From: a virus
DNA: 64,000 nucleotides
Direction: 5' to 3' (one strand)
IMG/VR virus record: IMGVR_UViG_3300005264_000003
Location: 1-64,000 of that record
The number at the start of each line of letters is the position of its first letter. Position 1 is the stretch's first letter. The notes beneath the pieces are model-generated. The model was not told the origin of the DNA and searched no databases. It was given only the letters and a program-made list of their open reading frames with translations. Positions 28,918 through 40,200 of the stretch are shown here, one piece after another. The translations under genes were made by a program, and so were the position numbers.

Positions 28918-30399
28918 ATGACTGACAATTCAGGATATGAATTTAGCGGTGGCATAAATAGTGTTGGAGAAGTTACTGAATATAAAAAGCAAACATCTTA
29001 CGAGCCGACATATGTTACTGCACCACAGGGTAAGATTTTAATAAACGGTATGTTAATTGATGAATGCTATGATATACAATACTCTTATAGAGAATTTAAA
29101 GAGCCAGTATATGGGTACAACTCCAGGCATTTTGATAAAATATTACCTGGCACCGTAATAATTCACGGAGCCTTCACGATAAACTATAAGCACGATGGAT
29201 ATCTTCATTCAGCTCTGCATATCGCTAGCGGAGGAGACAGTGGTAACGATCTGTCTTCTATAGATGCTGCCATCTTAAGAAAGGAAGATCTTAAACAAAA
29301 ACAAATAGCATACAGGTCGAGCTTAGATAGCTTAAGGGCTAGCCAAGAAAGCCGCAAAGGACTATTGGATCAAAAAGCTCAAGCTGAGGTAGCCATGAAG
29401 ACTGCAACTCAGCACTTATCTGATGCAAAGAGCAAGCAGCAAATGAACTGCGGAAAAGGAGGAGCACTCGATGCTGAAGTTTCCTCGGCTAGAAAAAAAT
29501 ACCAAGAGTATGTAAATAGTCTCACCACTGAGCAACTAGAGCAAGTTACGGCTGCTAAGAAAGAAGTCAAAGAAGCTCAAACTCTTAGTAGCGAGAGCAG
29601 TGCTGAGTATGCTAAATTATCTGAAGAGCTACTGAGTAAGAAGAATCAAATTAGATTAGAGATAAATAAGCTAATAGAGCAAAACATAAATAACAAGACT
29701 GTAATGCAAAAGTCAGAAACAAAAAAAACTTTACTTAAGGATACAAATGCAACAGAAGAAGAGGTCTCTTCTGTCGAAGCATATATTACTAGGCTAAGAA
29801 TTTCATATGAAGCAAGGGAAGATAAAATAACGTCACTTAAGGCTAAGGAAGAATTATTAGACGCAGACATAGCTGAGCAAGAGCAATCATATAGGAAAAT
29901 TGCAATCAAGGAAGATGACTCAATAGAGAAGAGTGTTACTTCTACTCCAGAGACAGTAAGGTATATTGAGTTAAAACAAAGGCTTGATGTGGCGATTACA
30001 AATAAAACTGACGGATCATCACTAATTAAAGCAGAGGTAATGTCATTTCAAGATGTATTTGATAAGGCCTCAGCTAACCTGAAGTCTGCACAGAAAAAGC
30101 TAGGAGAACTAGAGCAGAGCACGGATGCACTTAGGGAATCAATGATTGACAATAAGAAGAAGGTAAGAGAAATAAACGATTTAGTAATAAAGCACATAGA
30201 GCTAGGCGATGACTATGTGAGAATTAAGCATCAGAGAGCAGAAGACTATAAGGACTTTAATATATTTATTGAATACAATGGAGACATACATAAAGTTCTT
30301 ATGCATTGCCAGCTTACTGGGCATACACATGCATTGCCACATTCAGGCGATCCAGTTAGAGAGCAATATACATTTATAGCAAAGAAGATAAATGCATAA
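28918..30399 (+). CDS. Tail tube paralogue 3 with long coiled-coil insertion
   Basis: IQYSYREFKEPVYGY...GTVIIHGAFTINY and C-terminal FNIFIEY...EQYTFIAK flank a ~330-aa E/K/L/A-rich helical insert. Confidence 0.72.
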   Translation: MTDNSGYEFSGGINSVGEVTEYKKQTSYEPTYVTAPQGKILINGMLIDECYDIQYSYREFKEPVYGYNSRHFDKILPGTVIIHGAFTINYKHDGYLHSALHIASGGDSGNDLSSIDAAILRKEDLKQKQIAYRSSLDSLRASQESRKGLLDQKAQAEVAMKTATQHLSDAKSKQQMNCGKGGALDAEVSSARKKYQEYVNSLTTEQLEQVTAAKKEVKEAQTLSSESSAEYAKLSEELLSKKNQIRLEINKLIEQNINNKTVMQKSETKKTLLKDTNATEEEVSSVEAYITRLRISYEAREDKITSLKAKEELLDADIAEQEQSYRKIAIKEDDSIEKSVTSTPETVRYIELKQRLDVAITNKTDGSSLIKAEVMSFQDVFDKASANLKSAQKKLGELEQSTDALRESMIDNKKKVREINDLVIKHIELGDDYVRIKHQRAEDYKDFNIFIEYNGDIHKVLMHCQLTGHTHALPHSGDPVREQYTFIAKKINA

Positions 30400-30437
30400 T
30401 ATGCTTATTAACACATACAACCTAAAAGGAGACAAAT

Positions 30438-30854
30438 ATGAAAGAAGAGATTAGCAAGGAAGCGCAACCAGTTTTAGAGAGTAGTTTTTGGGATGAAATT
30501 GATTGGGATAAAGTATCTCATAATAAGATTGACAGAGGAAGCTTCTTGAGAACTAAGTCACTTAATAGTAAGATATTTGCTACGTTTCTTGGACCGCAAG
30601 ATCAGTTGCAATTCTACTTATTTAAGCCTCTTGGATGGGCTAAGTACAAAGACATTAGATCAAAAGACTTAGATAAAGACACTGTGCATGAATATATCAT
30701 AAATGCATGTCTAATACATCCAGCCAGCAATCCAATTGCTGTAGGCAATATTGATGCAGGTATAATGCTAACACTTGTAAATCAAATACTTACTATAAGC
30801 AACTTCTTAACGGATCCAAATCAGGCACTTGAATTACTATTAGAGATCAAATAA
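30438..30854 (+). CDS. Tail assembly chaperone
   Basis: YLFKPLGWAKY...CLIHP...AGIMLTLVNQILTISNF; position before the giant tail genes. Confidence 0.6.
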   Translation: MKEEISKEAQPVLESSFWDEIDWDKVSHNKIDRGSFLRTKSLNSKIFATFLGPQDQLQFYLFKPLGWAKYKDIRSKDLDKDTVHEYIINACLIHPASNPIAVGNIDAGIMLTLVNQILTISNFLTDPNQALELLLEIK

Positions 30855-31429
30855 TGTCAAAATATAAAATCTCTACCAGTGATTACACGATAGTATTTAA
30901 CTCTATAAGTGCAGAGGATGCAGACAGGTATCACAGAATAATAAAGCAGACAGATAGCGCAGAGGCTGAAGAGATGTTATTCTTGTCAATAGTGGAAGAT
31001 AAGAGCATTGACATAGAGTCACTCAATGCTGGCGTTATACCAACAGTGCTGTATTGCGCATTTCATATATCTGGATTTATAACTATAGATGAGTCTGTTC
31101 CAGACAACATAGAGAAGGCTAGAACTAGAATAGCAAGTAGCCTTTATCATTCCTTACTGTATCCAGCTATAATAAAGACTCAGCCAGGGTATACATTAGA
31201 TATGCTGCGGAGCAAAAGCTTAAATGACTTAATGGAACTATTCGCTTTAAGCGAGATAATCCTAGGCAAAGACATTGTCAATATCGAAGAAATGAGAAAA
31301 ACTATTGCTGAAAGTAAACAAAATAAAGTTTCTCCATCTGCTGGCGGAATTGCCGGAGTAACATCAGAAGAGCTTGACTTAGTTAAGTCAATGATTGAAG
31401 CGGAAGAATTTAATAGCGAGATATTCTAA
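30854..31429 (+). CDS. Second tail assembly chaperone-like protein
   Basis: Shares an AG-[IV]-x-x-T pattern with the upstream gene; TAATG coupling on both sides. Confidence 0.55.
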   Translation: MSKYKISTSDYTIVFNSISAEDADRYHRIIKQTDSAEAEEMLFLSIVEDKSIDIESLNAGVIPTVLYCAFHISGFITIDESVPDNIEKARTRIASSLYHSLLYPAIIKTQPGYTLDMLRSKSLNDLMELFALSEIILGKDIVNIEEMRKTIAESKQNKVSPSAGGIAGVTSEELDLVKSMIEAEEFNSEIF

Positions 31430-34400
31430 TGAGCAGTAAGCCAATAAATCCTATAACATTTTCGGTAGATATAGAGGCTAATAATCTCCCCACTGACTTT
31501 CATATAGTGAGAGGCCTTGGGGAGCCCTTTAGGCTTCCTGACCTAAGCAAGATGGTGGATGGATTTGCAAACGTAGATATATATCAAATTGGATACATGG
31601 CCAATGGTGAAAAGAAGCATGTTGACGTAACTGAAACTACGTTTAAGCATCCCGAGGTCTCTACGCCATTAAAGTATTCAGAAGAATATATAGACGCTGC
31701 TGGCAAGACGCGTTCGTTTAAGAGAGCTACTACAGTTACAGCATCAAGAGAAAGCTATGAGTCTCTATTCAAGTCTAGTGTAAATAAGATGAATGCTGCA
31801 TCTACCGAGCAATATAGGAAAAAAGTACTGCCCTACTACTTACTGCAGGCTAGGAAGAATACTCAGTTCATGCTAGATAACGGTGGATCAATTGGTGCAA
31901 TGCCTTTTGATGTATTCATAAAGCCATATGAAGAAATAAGAAGAATAGCTGAATCTCCTGAGAATGGGTTTAAGTATAGTCAAGTTACGCAAGCTAACTT
32001 TAGAGGTAAAGGTACAGACTCTCTCTATGAAGCAATAGATAATCTTGTCAGCTCAGCTAGCTCTAAGGATGCACCAGCTGTATTTAGATCATGGAACCCA
32101 GCATATGATGCGCCAGTTATACTGGCAGCACTACAGAAGTCGGGGCATACTGCTCTGGCAGACAAGTTTATTGCACAGCATAAGTCTGGACTATTAAAAA
32201 TACAAGGCATAGAAGATGAGTGGCATGAAGTTTTATGGAAGTTAACTAAAGAGAATCCTGATATAGCAGATGATATAAGAGTAGGAATGCACCCAATAGC
32301 AGCAATTGCTACGGGTCGGCCTGGTGGCAAAGTAACTACGTATGGAGAATTTAAGTACTCTACATATAGCTGGAAGCAAGAGGACATAGCTAAGCTTTTC
32401 AGGGGACATAAGAATTTTAGAGACATAGGCCATATAGCATCAACAGATATATTACAATCAGAAGAGCTTGCTAGTTTTATGCAGGCAGTAAAAGAAAGAG
32501 CTAGGAAAACTCTTGGACTTAAAGAGGCTACAGAAGCATTAAATCTAGAAGATACAGGCAATGCATTTACAGATGCCTTTAATGCTGAGATAGCTAAGAC
32601 CTTTGGTGATAATGGCGCTACGACAGCAAGGGGAATGCTAAGAGAAGCAACTATAGATTCAAAGAGGAAGAATAAATTCTTTAGACAAAACTTTGGATCA
32701 TGGTTTGCTGCTGACACATCTAAAAGAGCAAGAGCAAGCTGGACAAAATATCCTGGAGTTATAGGAGCAGCAATTGCAGTAGCAGGAGCAACATATTTAG
32801 CTAATAGTGAAACGAAGACAAGTCTAGGCAGCGGTTTTTCAAGTATCAATGGAGTTCCTATAGGCAAAGGCATTGGGTCAGGAATAGACAAGGACAGTCC
32901 TAATCTTGGCGCTAATATGGTTGGCGCTATGGCATCAGGCATTGTTGTGCCTGGAATAACAATGGCAGCTATTGGATACGGAGCAGCGCAAAGACATCCT
33001 ATGCTGGGATATTCTCCATCTAAGCCTGAGACCTTTACGCAGGCCTGGAATCAAATTAAGAGTACGATAAGATATGGCATCAAGACTACAGAGGGTCAAG
33101 TATCTTTAGCTCGCGTATTCGAACTAGGAAGCTTAACAGATTATTTTTCTAGCAGTAGAACTTACTTGGCTGGAAAAGGCAAGAGTGGTAATTTGCCTAA
33201 CGGAAAGCCTGGCAGGTACTATAAGTTTAATGTTATACAGACAAAGAATGGCATAACAAGAGTACTTGATCAGAAATCACCAGGCCACGGCATGGACATG
33301 ACTAAATTTATGCATGTACTCAAGCGGGATAATATATCTCAATATAAAAAACTAGACAGTATTCTTAATCCAAACATTAAAGATATGGCGCCTGAAAAGA
33401 GGCCTTACACAAGGCAAATAAGAATAGCATCCACAGTTGGCGGTGGAACAAGAGTGCAGTGGGACGACTATGCCACTGAAAGCTTCGGCAAGGAAAACAG
33501 AATAACGAATTATTTATTAATAGATAAACATATAGGCATAAATAAACTACGGGACGTAATACCGCAAGCTGCCAATCTGCATACTAGGCAGACTGATAAA
33601 AATAATTTGCGCAGCACGAATACAGCAGCCAGGGAAGCTGTTCATAGGGATATGTATAGATATGGCGGGTTTGCAAAAGATGAATACGAAGATTACATGG
33701 GCAGGCTTGTTAAGCCTGGATTTGCCAGAAGAAGCGAGCTTGGTAACACTGCGTGGCGCGGAGCCGAGAAGTTAAGATGGATGTTAGATCTGAACTCGAA
33801 GAGTGTTGGTGAGGCTAACAATTTACTTATACCTAATGTAGCTGAGACGCTTAATAGCACGAAGGCTGTAGTGCTAGTAAAGGATGCTAGATACTATGCT
33901 GATGTAATACCAAACTGGCTCATTGGTAGCATGGATAGATTCCTTGAAACTCCATTTGAGTTCTTAGGAGTTGAGCATGGTAAAATAGAAGGGCTTGCTA
34001 ATAAATTGAAAGCATCCCCCAACTTTACAACTAATACATTCGGTAAGGCATTATCTGCTATAGAGAAGCCTCACTTCGGATTAGGACTTGCAGCAAATGG
34101 TGGGTCTGCTTCTAGGTATCTGATGTCATTTGGACTCAAGAGAGTACTGCCTGCATACCTAGCTATAAACATGTTCTCGCTTACTGATCACTTACTAGGT
34201 GCAGCTACTATGTCTCCTACTGGAAGAGGACCTCTTACATCTGTTCCCATAAAAGCATATGAGACAGCATCCTTGCTATATACTAAGATGTCCGATATTG
34301 TAGGGCTAACTGATTATGCAAAATGGCAAGCAGATGTTGCTCCTGGATCTACGGGTATCGGAATATTCGCTCCCGCTGCGACAATGACTGCAACTTATTT

Positions 34401-37284
34401 TATGGGTGAGGTAGCATATAAGCATGGGCCAGATTTTATTGGCGGAGCAATAGACAAGGCTGCAAAGAAAGCAATTGAGCATCCATTCTTACAGAAAGCA
34501 CTTAGAAAGGAATCATTTACTGGTGCAGTTTCTAGGGGGCCAGTGGAAAGGTTCATGTCTTATGCTATTAAGAATCCTAAAAAGGCTTTGTTTGGATTAG
34601 CAATGTTGCCTGCAATACCTTTTGTTCCAGGATTCCTCGGATCAGATAAAAACTATATGGAAAAAAAGGCTGAATACGATGGCGAAAAAGATGTTGCCAT
34701 TAGAAAGTATCGTGGATGGCTATTATCTTCATCTCCATTTGAGGGCGGTAGAGTTAGATCGTTTCGTAGGCATGCTTTAAATTTGGTTGAGAGCGACTTT
34801 GAGAACAGAGGGGTAGTCTATCCTTCTTTCGCAGAAAGATTTGCTCACAGCGCAACCCTAGGCCTCTACAAGCCTAATATGCTAGAGGAGTACCACAAGG
34901 AATCGCAGCCAGTATATAAATCTGCTCCATTCGGAGCAAACATTCCATTACTTGGTCCTTTGATAGCCGGTACGTTGGGTCAAATAATTGGACAAAAAAC
35001 ATATCACGTTCCAGGAGAAACAGCAGGAGAGGGCGATGGAGTTGGATATGATATGGGCATCGGACTAGAGCAGTCATTAAGTGATGGCGAGTCAAGAGCT
35101 ATGATTGCTGGTGATGGTAGTACTGGATATATAATGGGCCTAGAAGATCCTGCATCTTTAAACTCTATGGCTTCAAGATTTGCTGACACACTTTCTGATT
35201 TATCCGGTTTCCGTGGCTTTACAACAAAGACACTTTACAGTCGAGGATCAGGAAAGTCGCTGCCAGATGATTACACACCATATGCGCAAGATGCAAGTCA
35301 AATGTATAGTCCCGCAGAGCAAATGTGGCAATACAATCTTGGTGACATAACAGTAGTTGGTGGTGAGTTTTTACGTCGTGTATTACAAAATTCTGAGAAG
35401 AAGTGGCAAGTTAATGATATACCGAACGAGTTAATGGGAGTAAGCTGGATACCGCAGAGTGATAATTATGGTAAAGACTTAACTCATGGCACCACTTTCG
35501 ACAAGGTAGACATGGGTTGGCTTTACGGAGCTAGAAAAGGCTGGGAATTTTTATACCCAGGAGAAGCTAATGGAGAAATGGAAACATATGGGGCTCCAGT
35601 AAGAACAGAAATATTGTCTCATATAGCACCTTACTCTAGACAGTATAAACAAGAAGCAAAAAAGACATTAGACATGGCTCTTGACGATAGAATAGATCCA
35701 AGAAGAGAGCAGAGATTCTATGAGACTCTAGAACAAGTTTCTCAAGTTAAAGAACAGTTATATGCTACGGCAGGAGAATATACACATACAATAGATACAG
35801 AAAGTAGATCTGGTGTAGTGCAGTCAATGGATGAGTCAACTGGGTCATTTATGATTAATAATACGCAGTATAGGCTGGCTGGGGTATCTACAAATGAGGC
35901 TGATATAAGATCAAGGCTATTGCAAAAAAAAGAATTTGAGAATGCTAGACAACTAAGCGCTGAAGTGCAGAGAGTTCAGCTTCAAACAGCAGAGATAATG
36001 AGAAGCAATCTAGCTCCAGGCACGCATATAGACATGGACGTTGCTACAGCAGCAATGCTACCTAGTGCTACTAACCTGGGATATGAAGCGAGAATCAGCG
36101 GACTTTCAGAAAAGATGCTTGAGGCTGGTGCTGCTTTTGCTGATACCGGTAACATAGCAACACATAACATGGCGCAAGATAGACATGGTATGTTTAGTAA
36201 GCTACTAGCTTCGCATTGGGAAGGAATGACGTCAGTTAACTCGTATTGGAATAAGAAGCTTATATCTCAAAGAGACTATCTTGATAACTATACCACTAAT
36301 CAAGTATTTAACCGAGAAGTAAAGCTTTGGACTAGGCCTATCGATCACATACTAAAGCCGTTTATTGCATCAACTATGCATAATTGGTTCGGGCTAGATG
36401 CGATACCTTCATTTACTAAGCAGCGCAGAGCTACTCAGCAGTATTGGGATATATTAAAGTATATAAAATACAAAACACTATCTACTAAATCTAGGGCTGA
36501 CGGAGATCTTGATTCAGCTACTTACTATGAAACTCAATGGAGAAGCACTATGGTAGGTGCTGATCCAACCAATGAAAGCAAGAGAGACGAACTAATGGCT
36601 CTTCCTGGAAATGAGAGACAGTATTTTAATTACTTCTCAGCTGAATCAGATCCAGATAAAAGATCTGAAATATTTAAGTATTTACCAGAGCCAGCTAAGA
36701 GAATATATTCAAGCATATGGCTAAAGAAGATGGCAGAGACGTCGAGTAACCAAGAAGTTCAAGCAGCTTGGGCAGGACTAAAATCATCTGAAGGCTGGAG
36801 TCTTTCAGAGGAAGAGGAAGCTGACTATATAAATGAAACTAATGGCAATGTATCTAAGGGCGACTGGGCTAGAGCAAGATTTGTACAGCAATATGCTAGA
36901 GAAAATGATCTTCCTGGACCTGAGTGGTCAGGCTGGAACTCAAATGTAGATATAGATAACACACAACTGCTTTCATTAATGGAAGATGGAGAGAATGCGC
37001 AAGACTATGGATTTTTTGATAGTAAGATACGTAAAGCTCTATATGACGATGATGCATATAAGGCAGCAACCGATATAGATTCGGCTAGTACCACTGCCAG
37101 CGTATTAATGGGAAGCGCACTTCCCTATTTAATGGAAGATAGCATGTCTTTATCTTACGCCGTGCCTGTAAGTATGTCTAGTCCTACTATTGAAATGAAT
37201 ATAGAGACTAATGGATTCAATAAAATATTAATGAGAATGAATGACTTAGGGTCATCACTACTTCCTGATGAATTCCTAGATTAA
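31429..37284 (+). CDS. Tape-measure-position giant protein (1951 aa): N-terminal DEDDh 3'-5' exonuclease-like domain, hydrophobic segments, degenerate SNase-like region
   Basis: ExoI SVDIEA (D14,E16), ExoII SWNPAYD (D227), ExoIII HIASTD (H335,D340); YRLAGVSTNE near residue 1480; follows the chaperone genes. Confidence 0.7.
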   Translation: MSSKPINPITFSVDIEANNLPTDFHIVRGLGEPFRLPDLSKMVDGFANVDIYQIGYMANGEKKHVDVTETTFKHPEVSTPLKYSEEYIDAAGKTRSFKRATTVTASRESYESLFKSSVNKMNAASTEQYRKKVLPYYLLQARKNTQFMLDNGGSIGAMPFDVFIKPYEEIRRIAESPENGFKYSQVTQANFRGKGTDSLYEAIDNLVSSASSKDAPAVFRSWNPAYDAPVILAALQKSGHTALADKFIAQHKSGLLKIQGIEDEWHEVLWKLTKENPDIADDIRVGMHPIAAIATGRPGGKVTTYGEFKYSTYSWKQEDIAKLFRGHKNFRDIGHIASTDILQSEELASFMQAVKERARKTLGLKEATEALNLEDTGNAFTDAFNAEIAKTFGDNGATTARGMLREATIDSKRKNKFFRQNFGSWFAADTSKRARASWTKYPGVIGAAIAVAGATYLANSETKTSLGSGFSSINGVPIGKGIGSGIDKDSPNLGANMVGAMASGIVVPGITMAAIGYGAAQRHPMLGYSPSKPETFTQAWNQIKSTIRYGIKTTEGQVSLARVFELGSLTDYFSSSRTYLAGKGKSGNLPNGKPGRYYKFNVIQTKNGITRVLDQKSPGHGMDMTKFMHVLKRDNISQYKKLDSILNPNIKDMAPEKRPYTRQIRIASTVGGGTRVQWDDYATESFGKENRITNYLLIDKHIGINKLRDVIPQAANLHTRQTDKNNLRSTNTAAREAVHRDMYRYGGFAKDEYEDYMGRLVKPGFARRSELGNTAWRGAEKLRWMLDLNSKSVGEANNLLIPNVAETLNSTKAVVLVKDARYYADVIPNWLIGSMDRFLETPFEFLGVEHGKIEGLANKLKASPNFTTNTFGKALSAIEKPHFGLGLAANGGSASRYLMSFGLKRVLPAYLAINMFSLTDHLLGAATMSPTGRGPLTSVPIKAYETASLLYTKMSDIVGLTDYAKWQADVAPGSTGIGIFAPAATMTATYFMGEVAYKHGPDFIGGAIDKAAKKAIEHPFLQKALRKESFTGAVSRGPVERFMSYAIKNPKKALFGLAMLPAIPFVPGFLGSDKNYMEKKAEYDGEKDVAIRKYRGWLLSSSPFEGGRVRSFRRHALNLVESDFENRGVVYPSFAERFAHSATLGLYKPNMLEEYHKESQPVYKSAPFGANIPLLGPLIAGTLGQIIGQKTYHVPGETAGEGDGVGYDMGIGLEQSLSDGESRAMIAGDGSTGYIMGLEDPASLNSMASRFADTLSDLSGFRGFTTKTLYSRGSGKSLPDDYTPYAQDASQMYSPAEQMWQYNLGDITVVGGEFLRRVLQNSEKKWQVNDIPNELMGVSWIPQSDNYGKDLTHGTTFDKVDMGWLYGARKGWEFLYPGEANGEMETYGAPVRTEILSHIAPYSRQYKQEAKKTLDMALDDRIDPRREQRFYETLEQVSQVKEQLYATAGEYTHTIDTESRSGVVQSMDESTGSFMINNTQYRLAGVSTNEADIRSRLLQKKEFENARQLSAEVQRVQLQTAEIMRSNLAPGTHIDMDVATAAMLPSATNLGYEARISGLSEKMLEAGAAFADTGNIATHNMAQDRHGMFSKLLASHWEGMTSVNSYWNKKLISQRDYLDNYTTNQVFNREVKLWTRPIDHILKPFIASTMHNWFGLDAIPSFTKQRRATQQYWDILKYIKYKTLSTKSRADGDLDSATYYETQWRSTMVGADPTNESKRDELMALPGNERQYFNYFSAESDPDKRSEIFKYLPEPAKRIYSSIWLKKMAETSSNQEVQAAWAGLKSSEGWSLSEEEEADYINETNGNVSKGDWARARFVQQYARENDLPGPEWSGWNSNVDIDNTQLLSLMEDGENAQDYGFFDSKIRKALYDDDAYKAATDIDSASTTASVLMGSALPYLMEDSMSLSYAVPVSMSSPTIEMNIETNGFNKILMRMNDLGSSLLPDEFLD

Positions 37285-37294
37285 CGGAGAGCAT

Positions 37295-40200
37295 ATGTCA
37301 TACAACAATCCATACGATAAAGAAGACGGAATACTTGGTACTATTGTGAAAGGCACTGCTCTTACTGGTGCAGGCGTAGTGGCAGTTAATGCTTATAGAA
37401 ATCCAGAAGCTACAAGACGTAAGTTTGGTCAAGCAATGGACATGATTGCTCCAATTAAGAGCCCTAAGCTTAATCCTTATCAGCAGAGACTAGCAAGAGC
37501 GAATGAGATTCTATTTAGCACAGTAGCAGAAAGAGATGCTAGAATTAAATCAAAAGATAAAATTAGAGCAGCAGAAGCCATGCAGATGACTGGGTCTAAA
37601 AGCTCATGGTCTGCAATAACGCCTGTTGCACTACCAATTGGAGCTGACAGTAAGCAGAAAGTATTGAATGAGATTTCAGCTCAAGTTAGCGAGTATTCAT
37701 TTGAGAAGCTAGATGACATTCGCGATATAGACAATAGGCCCATTGGAAACAAAATACATAAACAGCTTAAAAAGAAGTTTCCAGGACAGATAACAAATGC
37801 TCCTAAGTTTAAAGGTACGAGAGCTACATGGAGGATAGGAGGCGAGGATCTAGAGATAGATTTCTCTAAACGCATAGGACAAACTGAAGGCTTCATGAAG
37901 CGCATAGGTGAGTCAATGTATGTAGCTCCATGGAGAGCAGACCTTCAAAGCGTCGATGGGAAACTAGGGTATCAGTTATCTGATCCCAACACTGATATAT
38001 TAAGCTTCCTAAGCGATATGAATGATGAAAATGGAAATGGTAGATTATTCTGGGGAGTAAATGAGAATAGCGAGGTAAGAAGTAAGTTTGAGAAATTAAC
38101 AGGCAGTGGAATGGATAGTAAAAGGGCTATGGCTAAGCTTAGATCTGAAGCAGAGAAGTATTCATTGAGAGAGTTAGATGTAGTCAGGAACTTGCAGGAA
38201 GCAATTAAAAGAGAAACAAGAACTGATACGCAAATAGCCGATAATGATATTATAGGAAGAAATATGCACGCCTCGAAGGTGCAAGTAAATGAGCACAGCG
38301 CATATCTTGTTGGGCAAATGCCTGCTCATAGAGGAGTTGGGTCCAGAGCTCTTGGTACTGGTGCCATTAATAGTGATGTAATTGACGGCAAGAACGTGCA
38401 AGAGTTATACGATATACATACAAATTCAACAATGGATAACAATCTAATAACAATATCTACTAGCGGCAATACTAGTAAAAGAATAAGAGAGATGGCTATA
38501 AAGCATGGAGGCTATGTAGATAGCCAAAGCACAGTTGCTGAACTTGGTTGGAGCATGAGAGTAGGATCTACAGCTGCATATGCTGAAAGAGAGAAAAGCT
38601 TTAAAGGAATAATGTTTGAAAGCCATAAGCTTGCCAAGACTCCGTTTAGTGGCGTAGGAGGCACGAAGATAGATAGTGATGCATTGGCTAGGATTAGACA
38701 CAACTTCTTTATTAATGATGATGGTGCAGATAGTGATTTCAAGTATAGTTCTCATGTACAAAGCAAGGCTATTGTACAAAAAAATAAGGGCGTTTATAAT
38801 ATGGCTCTTGCTTTAAGTCCATTTGAATCTGAAGCAATAATGATAGGAGACGCAACTAGCGAGAACATGAAGACACTTGCTCCAAAGACAACTAGTGTAG
38901 CAGCAATGGCCATCAAGAAAGGCGATAAGGCATATGAAAAATCTTTCGTTGAAATGAAGTATTTCGATGTGGATTCTAATTCTCAGAAATCATTCACAAA
39001 TCTTACGCTTCAAGACATAATGGAAGATTCACACAAAAGCAATATTATGACTCAAGGATTTGGTGAGATACACATAAAGAGAGGTACGATATTAGGCAAA
39101 AAGCCAGTTGGTCAAGAATTACTCAATGATGGCACTGTAAATGATATAATTGCTAGAGAAAGCGGAATTATAAAAACACAAGTCAACAGGCTGATTGGTA
39201 GAGATGATTATATATCTACATTAGCATCACATAACAGAATGATTGTTGATGGTCATAAGCTAGCAGGAGGAGTTAAGATTGTATCACAAGTGCATGAGGA
39301 TGCAGTTAAGATGGCACTTAGCAATGTAACTACACGTAACACGACTAACTTTAGAGACAATGAATTAGTAAATGAATTGACTCAAAATGCAGGGCTTGGT
39401 AAAGCAGAAGGTACTATGTCACTGGACTTTCTTAAAAAAACACTTCCTAAAAAGGGTCCAAATAACAGAGTAGTGCTTGGTAAGGGTTCTTCTGAGTTAA
39501 TGCAAGTTTTACAGTCTGCGATTGGGTGGCAGGCTCTGCAAGGTGATCATGATGTAAAATTAAAAGGTAAGGCGGCACAGCAGTTCTCTAAGTATATTAA
39601 TAATGGTAACACTCATTTAATTAATGGAGAGTTAAACTTATCAAAGATCATGAAGAAAGGTAACTTATCTTTCAAGCAAATGATACATGATAAGAAGTTA
39701 TTCGCAGACCAGTATGAGCACACAATTGAAACACTTGGCCTAATAAGAGAAGGGTTTGGCAATGGAGATGCTCAAACTATTATTCAGCCAATGAGAGGAA
39801 GTGTAGACATAGGCTTTTCATCAAAAGGAGCTAAGTCTGCAGCCACAACAATAGACACTCACATAAGGCAACTTGAAATACTTGGAGAAAGAGCAAAGAG
39901 TGGCACAAATGCAAGGAAGCTTCTTGCAAAACAAATAACAATTGGTGAGATAGCGAAGACAGTTACAGCTAATGCCAGGGAATTAGCAATGGGTGTAATT
40001 GGTGGTGTAATGCCTCAAGAGCAAGCATGGAATTCTATAGGTAAAGAGTTTAGTGAAATGAAATTATCTTCTAAGGCAATTTTTAATTTTTTAGATAATC
40101 CAGAAATACTTAGAGACCTAGGCGTCAACAGTACTACTCCTGCTATTAAAATGAGCAACGAGTTAAGACTTATGGAAAGTGGAGCCAGGGGCCATAATAT

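Noticed and set aside
15516-30399. Interpretation as a bacterial contractile injection system or tailocin
   Set aside because: Terminase, portal, protease and major capsid genes show this is a DNA-packaging phage.
30438-31429. Programmed -1 frameshift between tail chaperones (lambda G/GT type)
   Set aside because: No convincing slippery heptamer near the end of the first gene; the second ORF has its own ATG in a TAATG overlap.
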